Assembly (NCBI GenBank): GCA_000388065.2
Contig: KB932201.1
Strand: one strand, 5' to 3'
Source of the DNA: Fonticula alba ATCC 38817
Taxonomy: Eukaryota > Protista > Nucleariida
Length of the DNA stretch: 64,000 bases
Shown here: positions 1 through 11,559 of the stretch, piece by piece
How the letters are laid out: each line of letters opens with the position of its first letter
Numbering within the stretch: position 1 is the stretch's first letter
The notes under the pieces: generated by a model
What the model was told of the DNA's origin: nothing
Databases searched by the model: none
What the model saw: only the letters and a program-made list of their open reading frames with translations
Made by a program: the position numbers and the translations under genes

Positions 1-1728
1 TCTCCAGGGCCACGCAATTCCGGTAGAGCTCCACATCGGCCAGGGGCCCGGCATCCGGGCCCGGCTGGGCCAGGTGCGCGCGCTCGGCCTCGCGCCGGGC
101 CCCGGCCGTGGCGAACAGCAACGATCGAACCACCTGCAGGCCGCCATCACGCACAAACCGAAAGGCATATGCCTCGGCTTGCGAGGGGCTGCCCAGGACG
201 GCGCCGCCGGCAGCCTCGTTGTGGCCGTTGCCACTGGCCAGCGCATCGACCCCGGGAGATGATGCCGTCGAGCCCGGCCACTGGGAGGGATCCGCCCCGA
301 GTGGGGAGGAAGCCGCGTCGAACAGATGCGACAGGACATGCAATGCGCGCACCGCATCCAGGAAATCCCACTATCGGGCGAAGGCAATGGGACGAAGGTA
401 ACGAGGCGAAAGGTCAGTCGGAGAAGAGGACAAGTGGAAGGGAGGGGATCAAGGGGGCTTTGCTGCGGCCGCTGCTGCTGCTGCTGCGGCCGCTGCTGCT
501 GCTGTTGCTGCTGCTGCGGCCGCTACTGTTGCTGCTGCTGTGGCCGCTGCTGCTGCTGTTGCTGCTGCTGCGGCCGCTACTGTTGCTGCTGCTGTGGCCG
601 CTGCTGCTGCTGTTGCTGCTGTTGCGGTCGCTGCTGCTGCTGCTGCTGCTGTTGCCTCGCTTGCAGGCCTCGCGCATGCGTGCCAGCATACCTGCCACAT
701 GGCATCCCCGGCGTCCGGCTGCTGAGCCAGGCCGGCCGCCGCCGAGGCCAGGGCCAGCTGCGCGTCGTCCGGGGAGCTGGACACCTCTTCCAGGGGCTCA
801 GGGCCGCCTTCGGCCACCGGGGCATCAAGCCCCCCGGCCAGGGGCCCCTCCATGCCCGCCAGGTCGTCGGTCGGCTGGCCATCCTCCGGGGCCCACACCG
901 CGTGGAAGGCCCAATCGTCGATGGCCGGGGCAAAGGACTCCGCCGGATAGTGGTGATAGATGGCCGGGGCCCCGGGAGCCTCCGGGGGGTCGAGGGTCGG
1001 ATCGCGCGACCCGGCGCCTCGGCCCGCAATGCGCGCCGACTCCGAGGACAGCGCCTCGAAGAGGATGGTCCGAACGGTCGGTCGCGTGCCGGGCAGGAGG
1101 GTGGCCGCGTCGACCGACTCATCATCCGATGAGGTTTGCAGGAACCTGCCGGCCGTGGCGTCGAACAGCCGCTTCATGAAGGAAACCCCGCCGTCGGAGC
1201 CGGCCCCAGCCCCATCCGAGTCCCCATCGGCCGGGTCTTCGTCCAGCGTGGAGAAGGAAAGCTCCTGCAGGAGCCCGGAAAAGAGGCGCCGCACGTCCTC
1301 GACCCCGGGCAGAAGCTCGGCCCGGTGTGAGGCCGCCGTCGAGCCGCACCAGGCCCGATGCCGGAGCAAGGCCCCATAGAGGTCTCGGTCGCCGGGGGCC
1401 GAACTGCGCGCCAGCAGGGACAACCCCGGCTCCGGTCGGCAGGTGCATGCCTCGGCCAGGGCCACGCGCAGGGGCATGTGCGAGGTGTCCGAAGACAGGA
1501 CGCTCAGCGGCCGGAAGAGGAACTCCAGATCCGAGGGGAGAGCCGGCGGTCGGGCATCCCCGGCCAGCAGATGCTGGGCCCCATGCCGGCGGAACATCGG
1601 ATGATAGGCTGGCATTGACAGTCAGGAGAGTTGGGATGGGGGAATGCGAAGGAGGCAACCAATGTCAGGGCAGGTGGGACATCCTGGCCGGGCGGAATAA
1701 CGACAGGAGCAGGAGCACGAGCACGAGG

Positions 1729-1769
<41 letters not shown>

Positions 1770-2444
1770 GGACAAACTCGGAAAGTGCCCGGCAAAAATG
1801 TGCATACCCAGTCGTGGCACATCCTGCGACCCGGCCAGGAAGGGCAGCAGCCATCCGAGAGTGCCGGTCCGGTGGCCGAAGTCCACAAGCCAGCCGGCAC
1901 GCAGGGCCTCGGCTGTCAGGGCCCGGTCCACCAGGCGGAAGCCCAGGGCCGAGTCCAGCGGCAGCGGAAGGCTCCGGGCCAAGCGCCAACGCAGCCCTTG
2001 GAGCGGGTCTTCGGCCAAGACCCCGGGACCGGGGGGGGTGCGCCGGGCGCCGGGAGGCCGACGGCCGGGGCTCGGCATGGCCCCGGCCGTCTGGATGGCA
2101 TCCAGCACTTGACGCGTGGAGTCCAAGCCGGGGCGCGGATGGAATCCCGCCACGGGGGGCAGGCCCTCCACCCGGCGGAGCAGGGCCAGGAGGGCCGCCG
2201 CCGAGGCGGCCGGGCTGGAAAAAATGGACATCGCCTCGCCGAAACGCGACTCGGCATACTCGATGGACCCGGACTGGAACCACAGCTCGAGCGACCGCCG
2301 GAGGCGATTAACCTGCGGCACACATAGGGGCGCCAGACAATCGGCGAGATGCGGAAAAGGGCAACCGGAGGTCAATGAGGGCTGAAGGGGGCGGGGGAAG
2401 GGGGGGGACAGAGAGCGAGAAAGAAAGAAAGAAGCGGCACGAGA

Positions 2445-2499
<55 letters not shown>

Positions 2500-3089
2500 C
2501 CAAATGTGCACGCATGCACCATCGTGTGTGTCGGTTCACCGGTCCGCGGGCAGGGAGTGCCCAGAACCCGGCTGAGGAAGAGATCCGGCCGGTGGACGAG
2601 CAGGCGCCACGCGTCGGCATTCGGGCCGGCCAGGGCAGGATCGCCAGCGCCGCGTGCCCCGGCCACGAGGAGGGCCTCCAGTTGGCGGACATCGGCCTCC
2701 GGGAAGAGGGCTGGGCCCGGGCCGAGGGCGGAGGCGGCAGTCGTGCCGGACCCATGCCCCGCCGTGCGTCTCCGATAGAGCCAGTCCGATGCCCGGAGGA
2801 AGGCGTCACGCAGGGACGAGGACAGCAGGTCGCCCACCGGAATGAAGGAGGTCGGATTGCTGTCCGGAGCCGGGCTCGGGCCCGGGGCCGGGGCCGGGGT
2901 GCCGGCAGTGGACACCGGCTCCGCAGTGCCGGCCGATATGTGGTGGCTTTCCGGCAACCGATCGGAACAGTGCAGGGCTCGGGGAACGGCCGCGGTGGGG
3001 GCTGTGGCGGCGGCCAGGAGGAGAGCGAGGCAGAGGGCGGCCGCGCGCCGGTGGCGCAAGAGGGCGATCTGCTGCCTTACCCGGTGCAT
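1..3089 (-). CDS. Signal-peptide-bearing ARM/HEAT-like protein, possibly SIL1/Fes1-type ER nucleotide exchange factor; 3' end runs off the window
   Basis: Model join(3089..2520,2312..1808,1608..692,370..<1) has GT-AG introns and consistent phases. N-terminus MHRVRQQIALLRHRRAAALCLALLLAAATAPTAA resembles a signal peptide. The last exon AEAYAFRFVRDGGLQVVRSLL resembles SIL1 (QFLKLGGLQVLRTLV). The family call rests on weak motif recall only. Confidence 0.5.
461..654. repeat. Compound (CTG/TTG)n, i.e. (CAG/CAA)n, microsatellite with a 54-bp higher-order period, inside predicted intron 371..691
   Basis: Read directly: CTG runs are interrupted by CGGCCG/TGGCCG/CGGTCG, and the unit cggccgctac recurs at 517 and 571. 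Confidence 0.95.
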
Positions 3090-3973
3090 TTGGGTGGCAT
3101 TGGGACGGCGCAAGGGGAGCGAGAAAGGAGCGAGAGGAAAGAGAGTGAGCCCGGTAGAGCCGGAGCAAGCAAGACAGAAGAGGGTGGAGGATCTCTGAGG
3201 AGCACCCGGGTGGCTGGGGGCAGGACATGGTCAGACAAAAACACCGTGCTCACGGCAATCCAGACTGCCCGGCCCCGGCGGGGGCGCGCGATCGCCGCGC
3301 GGGCCGGCGACCACTTTTTGTCTTGGCGGGGGGGGGGGGGGGGCGGGAGCGTGTGGCTCTCGATCAGCCCCTGCCCGGACCGGCCAACAGCGTGACGACT
3401 GTCCAAAATGTGTCGGATCTGGGCAACAGATGCAGAGAAGGGGCGAGGGAACGGCCTCAATAATAATATCCCCGACATATGTGCAAATACATCCCCCGCC
3501 CCGCCCCACCCCCTTGAACTTCCAGGATATTCTCACGCCGTCCGGGACCCCGGCACCGCGCCAGCTGGGCACAGGGGATGATGATGATGACGACGACAGG
3601 AGCCCCTGGCACCGACCACGCCACCGCGCCCACCCCAAGATGTGCGGTCGCCGAGCGCGCGCGCAGCAGGACACGCGTGCGCCTCGCTGGTTCGCTCCGC
3701 ACCATGGGGCGACATCGCGGCCGGGCGCACACGAGCCGGTGTGCCAGCATGTCCCCCNNNNNNNNNNNNNNNNNNNNNNNNNNNNNNNNNNNNNNNNNNN
3801 NNNNNNNNNNNNNNNNNNNNNNNNNNNNNNCCCCCCCCCCCCCCCCCCCCCCCCGTCCCCCCGGCCTCGCCCCCCGTCCCTCTGGTTGTTTCCTCCCCGG
3901 GGTCCCTTGGCAGGTGGCAGGCAATGGCGCATGCCAACGTATGGGGAGCGCACGTGTATTCCACCTGATCGGG

Positions 3974-4412
3974 TCATGCGTCATCGGGCTCGTCCACCGA
4001 AAAGGCCGCATCCGGTACCAGGGGGTCCAGCTGCTTCCAGGCGCTGTCTAGCAGGGTGGGGCAGTCATCCGAGTGCAAGCCAAGGCCTGGGAGGGCGAAG
4101 GGGACAGAGAAAGAGAGAAGGAGAGGGGAAGAGGCCGGCAAAAGAGGCCGAGAGGGTGGGCGGGGGAGAGGGAGCCGGGGTCAGAAGGATGGTGGGAGGA
4201 AGGAGGGCGCCGCAGACTGGGCGCATACACCTGGGGCTACGTACTGGCGGCAAGGAAGAGGGCATTGGCGGTGAGCGACCCGCCCGTCGCGTCGAGCAGG
4301 CCGGCCACATCGCGCGCCAGGCGAGCCTTGGCCCAGGCCGGGTCCGAGCGAGAGAAGAGGTTCCCCGGTGTGAAGATTGACCGTGCCAGGGGAAGCCTGT
4401 GCGGCATCAAAG

Positions 4413-4443
<31 letters not shown>

Positions 4444-7400
4444 CGTGCGTAGGAGGGGGGATAGCGGGGGGAGTCGCGGAGAGGAGGGATCGAGGGTTGT
4501 CAGTGTGAGAGTACGCAGAGACGCCCACGCGGGCGCGAATCGGCGTACCAGTTGGGCAGGGGCCACTTGCGTGCCAAGATGGCGGACATCTGCACGGCAA
4601 ATGCCTGTCGCCGGGGGCTACTCACGCGTGGGTCTAGCATCCGGGGGATGACGGCGAAGCAGCAATCTATCGAGGTGCATCGCAGGCAAGCGGCAGATGG
4701 GGGATGGAGATGGTGAGGCATGCGAACACATAGCACGGGCCACGGGGCACAGAGGGGAAGGGGGGGGGGGGGCAAACGGGTGCGAAGAGGGAAACGAAGA
4801 CACGCACGCATGGCTGGCACGTGGCGTACAGCCCACATGCCGCCGGCGTGCGGAACGCCTTGGCCGGCGTGCAGGCCTTCGGCCAGGTCCGGATAGAGGA
4901 TGAGCAGCTCGTTGAGCCGCCGCCCGGCCACCTGGCGAATCTGCGGCAGCGGGAGGAGTTCGTGCACATCCAGCTGGCCGACCGCCCCCGGGAGCAGGGT
5001 CTCCCAGGCCTTGGTGGTGCCAAGCTCCAGGAGGATGTGTGCCGCGGCGGTGACTGTGGTGCGGAAAAGGGCGGCCGAGGCTTCGGAGATGGTGGTCAGG
5101 TGCTATGACGGGGATCGGTCGGGGAGTTAGATTGGGTTTGATGTGCCGGGCAGACACGCGGACGCACGCGCGCTCAGAGTGATGAGGATCGGGAGGAGGG
5201 AGGGCAAAGACGGGGGGAGGGAGGAAATGTGGTTTGCACATACCGACTTGTCGGTGCCCACCGACCGCTGGCGGACTTCCGAGTAGGTGTTGTCGATGTG
5301 CACGCGACATGCTTCCAGGTAGCCGGAGAAAATCTTTTCCCACACCATTGCACTGTCAGACCAGGGGCAAGGGGGGGNNNNNNNNNNNNNNNNNNNNNNN
5401 NNNNNNNNNNNNNNNNNNNNNNNNNNNNNNNNNNNNNNNNNNNNNNNNNNNNNNNNNNNNNNNNNNNNNNNNNNNNNNNNNNNNNNNNNNNNNNNNNNNN
5501 NNNNNNNNNNNNNNNNNNNNNNNNNNNNNNNNNNNNNNNNNNNNNNNNNNNNNNNNNNNNNNNNNNNNNNNNNNNNNNNNNNNNNNNNNNNNNNNNNNNN
5601 NNNNNNNNNNNNNNNNNNNNNNNNNNNNNNNNNNNNNNNNNNNNNNNNNNNNNNNNNNNNNNNNNNNNNNNNNNNNNNNNNNNNNNNNNNNNNNNNNNNN
5701 NNNNNNNNNNNNNNNNNNNNNNNNNNNNNNNNNNNNNNNNNNNNNNNNNNNNNNNNNNNNNNNNNNNNNNNNNNNNNNNNNNNNNNNNNNNNNNNNNNNN
5801 NNNNNNNNNNNNNNNNNNNNNNNNNNNNNNNNNNNNNNNNNNNNNNNNNNNNNNNNNNNNNNNNNNNNNNNNNNNNNNNNNNNNNNNNNNNNNNNNNNNN
5901 NNNNNNNNNNNNNNNNNNNNNNNNNNNNNNNNNNNNNGGGGGGGGGGACGCGTACCCTTGGAGAATGTCCATCGGCGGCCGGAGCACCTTGATCAGCCGA
6001 GCTCCAGCCGAAGCGTCACTCTGCCGAACGGACATCTTCCACAGGCGACTGACATACGGCGCCAAGCGGTCCAAGATCGGGAGCTTGAGGCGCACGGCAT
6101 CCGGAGCCAGGGTTGCCTCGTCGAGCAGCTCATTGCTACGGCGCACCAGACATCGCAAGGTCAGAGAACACCGGGCGGGCGAGGAAGATGCAGCGGGCGG
6201 TGGGAAAGGCCCAGAGAAGGGGGAGGGAGCCCGGGTGGGCGAGGAGGAAAAACCCGAGCGGGCGACAGCATGAACGCACATCGACTGGGCAAAGAGCTCG
6301 ACCACATCCAGGGCAAAAGCCTCGGCCAGGGCCTGGCCAGCCAGCAGCGAGGAGAAAGCGCCCTCCATATCATCGGCCTGGGGGGGAAGGCGCGCGCGCC
6401 CGGCCCCCGCCCCGGGGGCCAGGCCCGTGTAGAGACGGTCCGCCGGGGGTAAGTCATGCGCGACGCCCGATGGGCCGGGGCATTCCAGCAGCATGTGGCA
6501 TCCGGGGCCGCCGGGGCCACCGGCGACACCGGTCCCCGATGCCAAGGCACCGGCCAGCCAGCGCAGCCCCAGTGCCAGGCCCGTGCACAGGGAGTCCAGC
6601 TGCCCAAGCCCGGTGGCCAAGCGCAAGTCCTCCAGGCCGAAGAGAACCCACCCCCGGATGAAGGCCAGCTGCACGGGGTACGGCAGCCCCGGGTCCAGGG
6701 GCCCGGGATTGGCATCGAGCCAGGGCCGGAGGCGCCGCCGGGCCCACACCTCGGCCGAGAGGGCCCCGGCGGCTGCCTGCCCGCCGAGGGCCAGCCGCTG
6801 GAGGCCGCGCGGGTGGGCCGCCGCCCCCAGGCCGCCGGGGGTCGAATGCCCGGCCCCGCGCTCGGTGGCCTGGAGGAAATCCTGGTCCCCGGCCACCAGC
6901 GCCAGCAGGGTCAGCAGCACTCGGTCGTCAGGCGAAAGGGGGCACACGGGCGAGGAGGCGATGCCGGCCTGCGTGGGGGTCGCCCTGCCGGGGGAGGGAC
7001 CACCATCGGGCCCGCCAGGGGGGCTGGCCCCGGGGCCGGCGGCGGAAAGCTCGCCCCAGGTCGACCGGCCGTCAAAGAGCACATGGTCAATGGCCGAGTC
7101 CAAATCCGAGCCCAGGCTGGACAGCACCGGGTCGAAGGCATTCTGCCAAAGGGAGCGCAGGCGCAGGGAGACCTCGCGCAAGGCCTGCTCCTCGGACAGC
7201 TGGCAATGCGGCAGCAAATGGGCCAGGTGTGCATAGGTGAGCCCGCGCGCGGGCAGGGGAACAGTGGCCCCGAGGCCCAGGAGCCCGGCCGAGGGAAGGG
7301 CCTGTCCCGGGGCCGCAGGCCCGGCAGCCCCGCCAATTCCGTGGCTGCTGCCGCCGTCGTGGCCGCCGCGGCCGTCGCCGCCGCCGCCGCCGCCGCCCGG

Positions 7401-10400
7401 GGCCTGTGTGGCGTACTGGGCCAAGAGCAGCTCCACCGGCAGGGTGGACAGGAAGTCGGCCGAATACAGGAGCTCGGCTGGCATGCAAGGCAAGCCCGGG
7501 ACACGACGCAAGAGCAGGGCAGACCGGCGGAGGGGGGGGGGGGGGGGGGGGGGGCCGAAGGCATCAGGTCAGTGGGTCGGAGTCGTCACGTCAAGGGAGG
7601 AAGGGAGCGGGGAAGAGGGCGGCCGGATGGCGGTCTGGACGCACCCTTGTCACGCTCGAGCAGCAGCCCACTCGGGTGCTGGGCATCGGGCGAGGCCGCC
7701 GGCGCCAGGGTGGCGGCGAACTTCTGCAGGCGCTCATTCCACATCAGCGGGAAAACCACAGCCGGCAGGGCGGTCGACAGGGGCTGCTGCGCCAGGCCCA
7801 GCAGGGCCGTCTCCGAGGGGGGAGCAAAGTCGGCCGGCGCCCGACGCAGGGACTGCTCGATGTAGGCCTCGAAAAAGGGCAACAGCCCCGGGGTCGAGGC
7901 CGATTGCAGCCCGGCCAGCAGCCAGTCTGTCCACTCGGCCGGCGCCACGTCGGGGCAATCCAGCAGCAGCAGGCGCAAGGCCAGGGCCATGTCGCCGGCG
8001 GTGGCGGCGGTTTGTCGCCAGGCCTGGACACAGGTGTCCAGCTGCCCGGCCAGCACCGACAGGAGGGACATGTGCGAGTGGGTGGCGCGTGCCCGGGCCA
8101 GAGCCGCGGCCGCGGCCAAAACCAGATGCTCAGCCGACGCCGCGCCAAGCAGGTGGCTCGGGCCCGAGCGCCCGAGGGCGGGAGCCTGTGCTCCGGTGCC
8201 GGGCCGCGTGAGGGGAGGCCGGCCGGCCAGCCGATCCCCGGCCCCGGCAGACGCGAAGGTCTGCTGGGCGGTATCATGCACCTCGGCCGGCAGGTCCAGC
8301 TGGAAGCCGGCCAGCAGCTGGCCCACATCCGTGGGCGACACCTCCGACTGGCGGGACAGCAGCAGCGGCATGTAGGCGCATGCCGCCGGGGAGGAGGCCG
8401 CCAGCACGCGAGCCAGCGATTCCCCCAACGGCTGGAGGGCCTCCTGGCCCGGGAGATCGGGAAGCAGGAGCAACAGTCCGGCGGCCAGCTCGCCGAGACT
8501 GAGACACGGGCAGCAGGGAGTTAGACAGGCGGCCAAGGGGGGGGGGGGGAGGGGGGAGGGGGAGGAGGCAACCGCAGGAAGCATTGGGCCAGAGCCGGGC
8601 AGACGGGGGCAACATCGAAAGGGCCGGGCCAGGGGGGAGGGCAATGGCAGAAGGCGCACCGGCCGCCGGCTTCCAGGCATGCCTGTAGCTCGTGAAGGCC
8701 CAAGTCACAGGGCTGCTGGGCAAAGAGCACCGCATGGACGACCGCCTGCAGGCGGATCAGCGTCGGCAAGGAGGCCCCAGTATGGTGGGTAAGTTGGGGA
8801 ACACTGGCCCCGGCCGTCAGGTCGAGGCGGCGGTCCAGCAGGCGGTCTGGCTGGAAGACCGACAGGAAGGACACGAATTCCATGTCGCTCAGGAGCAGGC
8901 CGCGCAGGTCGCCGGCCATGGCCGCAACACCCGATGGGTCCGGCCGGGAGGGCTCGGCCCCGGCGCCAGACAGGACGCTCTGCAGGTCCAGGGACCAGGC
9001 AGGATGCTGGCGGAAGAGGGCATCGCGTGCGCGTGACACATGGTGCAAGGGTGCCGAGTGGCAAAGGCGCAGCAGCAGGACAAAGGCCCTGCCTTCGGTG
9101 TCCGGCGCGTGGGGGGTGTCGGTCGCGCAGCACACCGCGGCCAGAAGATCGACCAGCTGGCGGCCAGCGCCGCCGAGGGTGCGAGAGAAAGAGAGAGAGA
9201 GAGAGAGCGGAGGGGGGGGGGGGCAAAGAAGCAATGAGGCGAGTTTGCGTTAAACACATGGCAAGGCAACACCACACGCCGGGGGGGAGAGGTGGGGAGG
9301 AGGCGGATCGGGGCGGGAGGATAGCCCGTACCTCGGCCAGTGCGGCAGGGAAGGCCCCAGTGTAAGAGGCCAGGAGATGGAATGCTTGCTCCTCCGTCAA
9401 GAGTGTCAGTGCCAGGTCCACCAGGGGCTGCCCGGCACGAGAGGAAGAAGAGAAGAGCATGAGTACGCTGTGGACCAGATGGGCAAGGGGAGGGCCGGTT
9501 CGCATGTGCATGTGCATGTGCATGTGCATGTGCATGTGTGTGTCTCGTTGGCGCACCCGGAGGACGGTATCATCGCCAGCGAGGGCGGCCCAAAGGCCGA
9601 GGCGTGCGCCCACCGGGTGCGCTAGCCAGGCGGGCTCGAAAAGGTCACGCAGTGAGGCGGCCGCGGCTGCTGGGCGGCGAGCATCCTGGAAGCCCTGCAG
9701 AGCCGACAGCAACATGCTGTGGCGCCATTCCAGCGGTAAAGGAGAGGGATCAGCCTGACTGAAGAAGAGGGGGGGGGGGGAGGGGAGAGGGCCGTGGGAT
9801 GGCGGGCGGCCGAGCAGCGTGCCACGTACCTGAGTTGTGCGTTGGGATCGGAGTTCTCAAAGGCAGCCACGCTCACCGAGGTGCTCGGACTCTGAGGCCG
9901 GCCAAATGGGGGAAGGGCAGAGAGGTGAGCGTCGAGAGGCAGCACATCCGAGGACACCAGGGCGCAGCAGCTGGCAAAGACCTTGGGGGAATGTGCAAAT
10001 GCGCACCTGTTCGATGCCAGCTCGAGCGAGTGCCTGCTGGTGGACACTGCGATTGCGGACCACCGAGACGGACAGCCGTCCGAGGAAGGCGGCGATCTCC
10101 TGGTCCGCCTGTTGAGAAGGCCGGCAGGTGAGGCAGGTGAGGCAGGTGAGAAGGCCGGAGACGGGCGCGCCCTGGGGAGCACAGGCGAGCAGGGTGGTGG
10201 CACCAGGATGCAAGGACGCACGGCGGCCAGAAAAAGGGGGTGTGTGGGGTCGGAGCTGGCGTCGGGCTCACTGGTCACCAGGGAGGCGAGTGACGAGAAG
10301 AAGGGCCCAAACCGACGGACATCCTGCCCGGAGGGCGAGCCAGGCCCGGGTGGCGGGAGAGCGAGAAAGTGCAACCGGTTAGCCACTTTGCATTGTGGTG

Positions 10401-10551
10401 CGTGTGTGCGCGTGCGTGCGCGTGCGCAAGCGGTGGACCACCCGGTGCGTACATGCTCCAGGGAGATTTGTGCGGCGGCTTCAAGGCGGCCCTGCTCAAT
10501 GGCCTCGAAGATGCACCGCTCGTGGGGGTTCAGCGGCCGCGGCGAAGACAT
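3974..10551 (-). CDS. Large multi-exon Leu/Ala-rich, probably alpha-solenoid hypothetical protein (interrupted by gap 5378..5938)
   Basis: ATG at 10551 (MSSPRPLNPHERCIFEAIEQGRLEAAAQISLEH, donor GTACGC). Successive GT-AG exons (DVRRFGPFF..., ADQEIAAFLGRL..., long exons in ORFs 7586..8680 and 5127..7511) end in NSAWKQLDPLVPDAAFSVDEPDDA* at 3974. No domain recognised. Confidence 0.65.
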
Positions 10552-11559
10552 CCCAGGCGACAAGTGGACAAGCAGGGGTGGTATACGGCCGGCCCGGGGG
10601 GGGGGGNNNNNNNNNNNNNNNNNNNNNNNNNNNNNNNNNNNNNNNNNNNNNNNNNNNNNNNNNNNNNNNNNNNNNNNNNNNNNNNNNNNNNNNNNNNNNN
10701 NNNNNNNNNNNNNNNNNNNNNNNNNNNNNNNNNNNNNNNNNNNNNNNNNNNNNNNNNNNNNNNNNNNNNNNNNNNNNNNNNNNNNNNNNNNNNNNNNNNN
10801 NNNNNNNNNNNNNNNNNNNNNNNNNNNNNNNNNNNNNNNNNNNNNNNNNNNNNNNNNNNNNNNNNNNNNNNNNNNNNNNNNNNNNNNNNNNNNNNNNNNN
10901 NNNNNNNNNNNNNNNNNNNNNNNNNNNNNNNNNNNNNNNNNNNNNNNNNNNNNNNNNNNNNNNNNNNNNNNNNNNNNNNNNNNNNNNNNNNNNNNNNNNN
11001 NNNNNNNNNNNNNNNNNNNNNNNNNNNNNNNNNNNNNNNNNNNNNNNNNNNNNNNNNNNNNNNNNNNNNNNNNNNNNNNNNNNNNNNNNNNNNNNNNNNN
11101 NNNNNNNNNNNNNNNNNNNNNNNNNNNNNNNNNNNNNNNNNNNNNNNNNNNNNNNNNNNNNNNNNNNNNNNNNNNNNNNNNNNNNNNNNNNNNNNNNNNN
11201 NNNNNNNNNNNNNNNNNNNNNNNNNNNNNNNNNNNNNNNNNNNNNNNNNNNNNNNNNNNNNNNNNNNNNNNATGTCGGGATATGAGGAACGGCGGCAGGC
11301 ACGTCGGGACCGAGCCGGAGCATGCGGTGAGACGGGCGGCCAGCCGGCTCTGCGAGCAAACATACATACACACTGCACATACACACACACACACACACAC
11401 ACGAGTTCACGGACACTGGGCGAGAGGACCACACGGCACGACGGCGGAGGGAGAGAAGGAGGACAGGCAGCCCGCCGAGCACGCACGAGTGCACTCGTCC
11501 CGACACCCTGGGCATGGGCCGCCCGGTCATGTGGGGAGAGGCTGCCCAAGACCGGGAGC

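Noticed and set aside
169-1179. + strand ORFs with poly-Leu (signal-peptide-like) or poly-Cys stretches; also 33807..34817 and 33949..34917
   Set aside because: They are alternative readings of CTG/TTG microsatellites on the non-coding strand.
10373-10380. Perfect Grainyhead site AACCGGTT in intron 1 of the orphan gene
   Set aside because: About one occurrence is expected by chance in 64 kb, and it overlaps the CTAAC branch-point-like motif on the coding strand.
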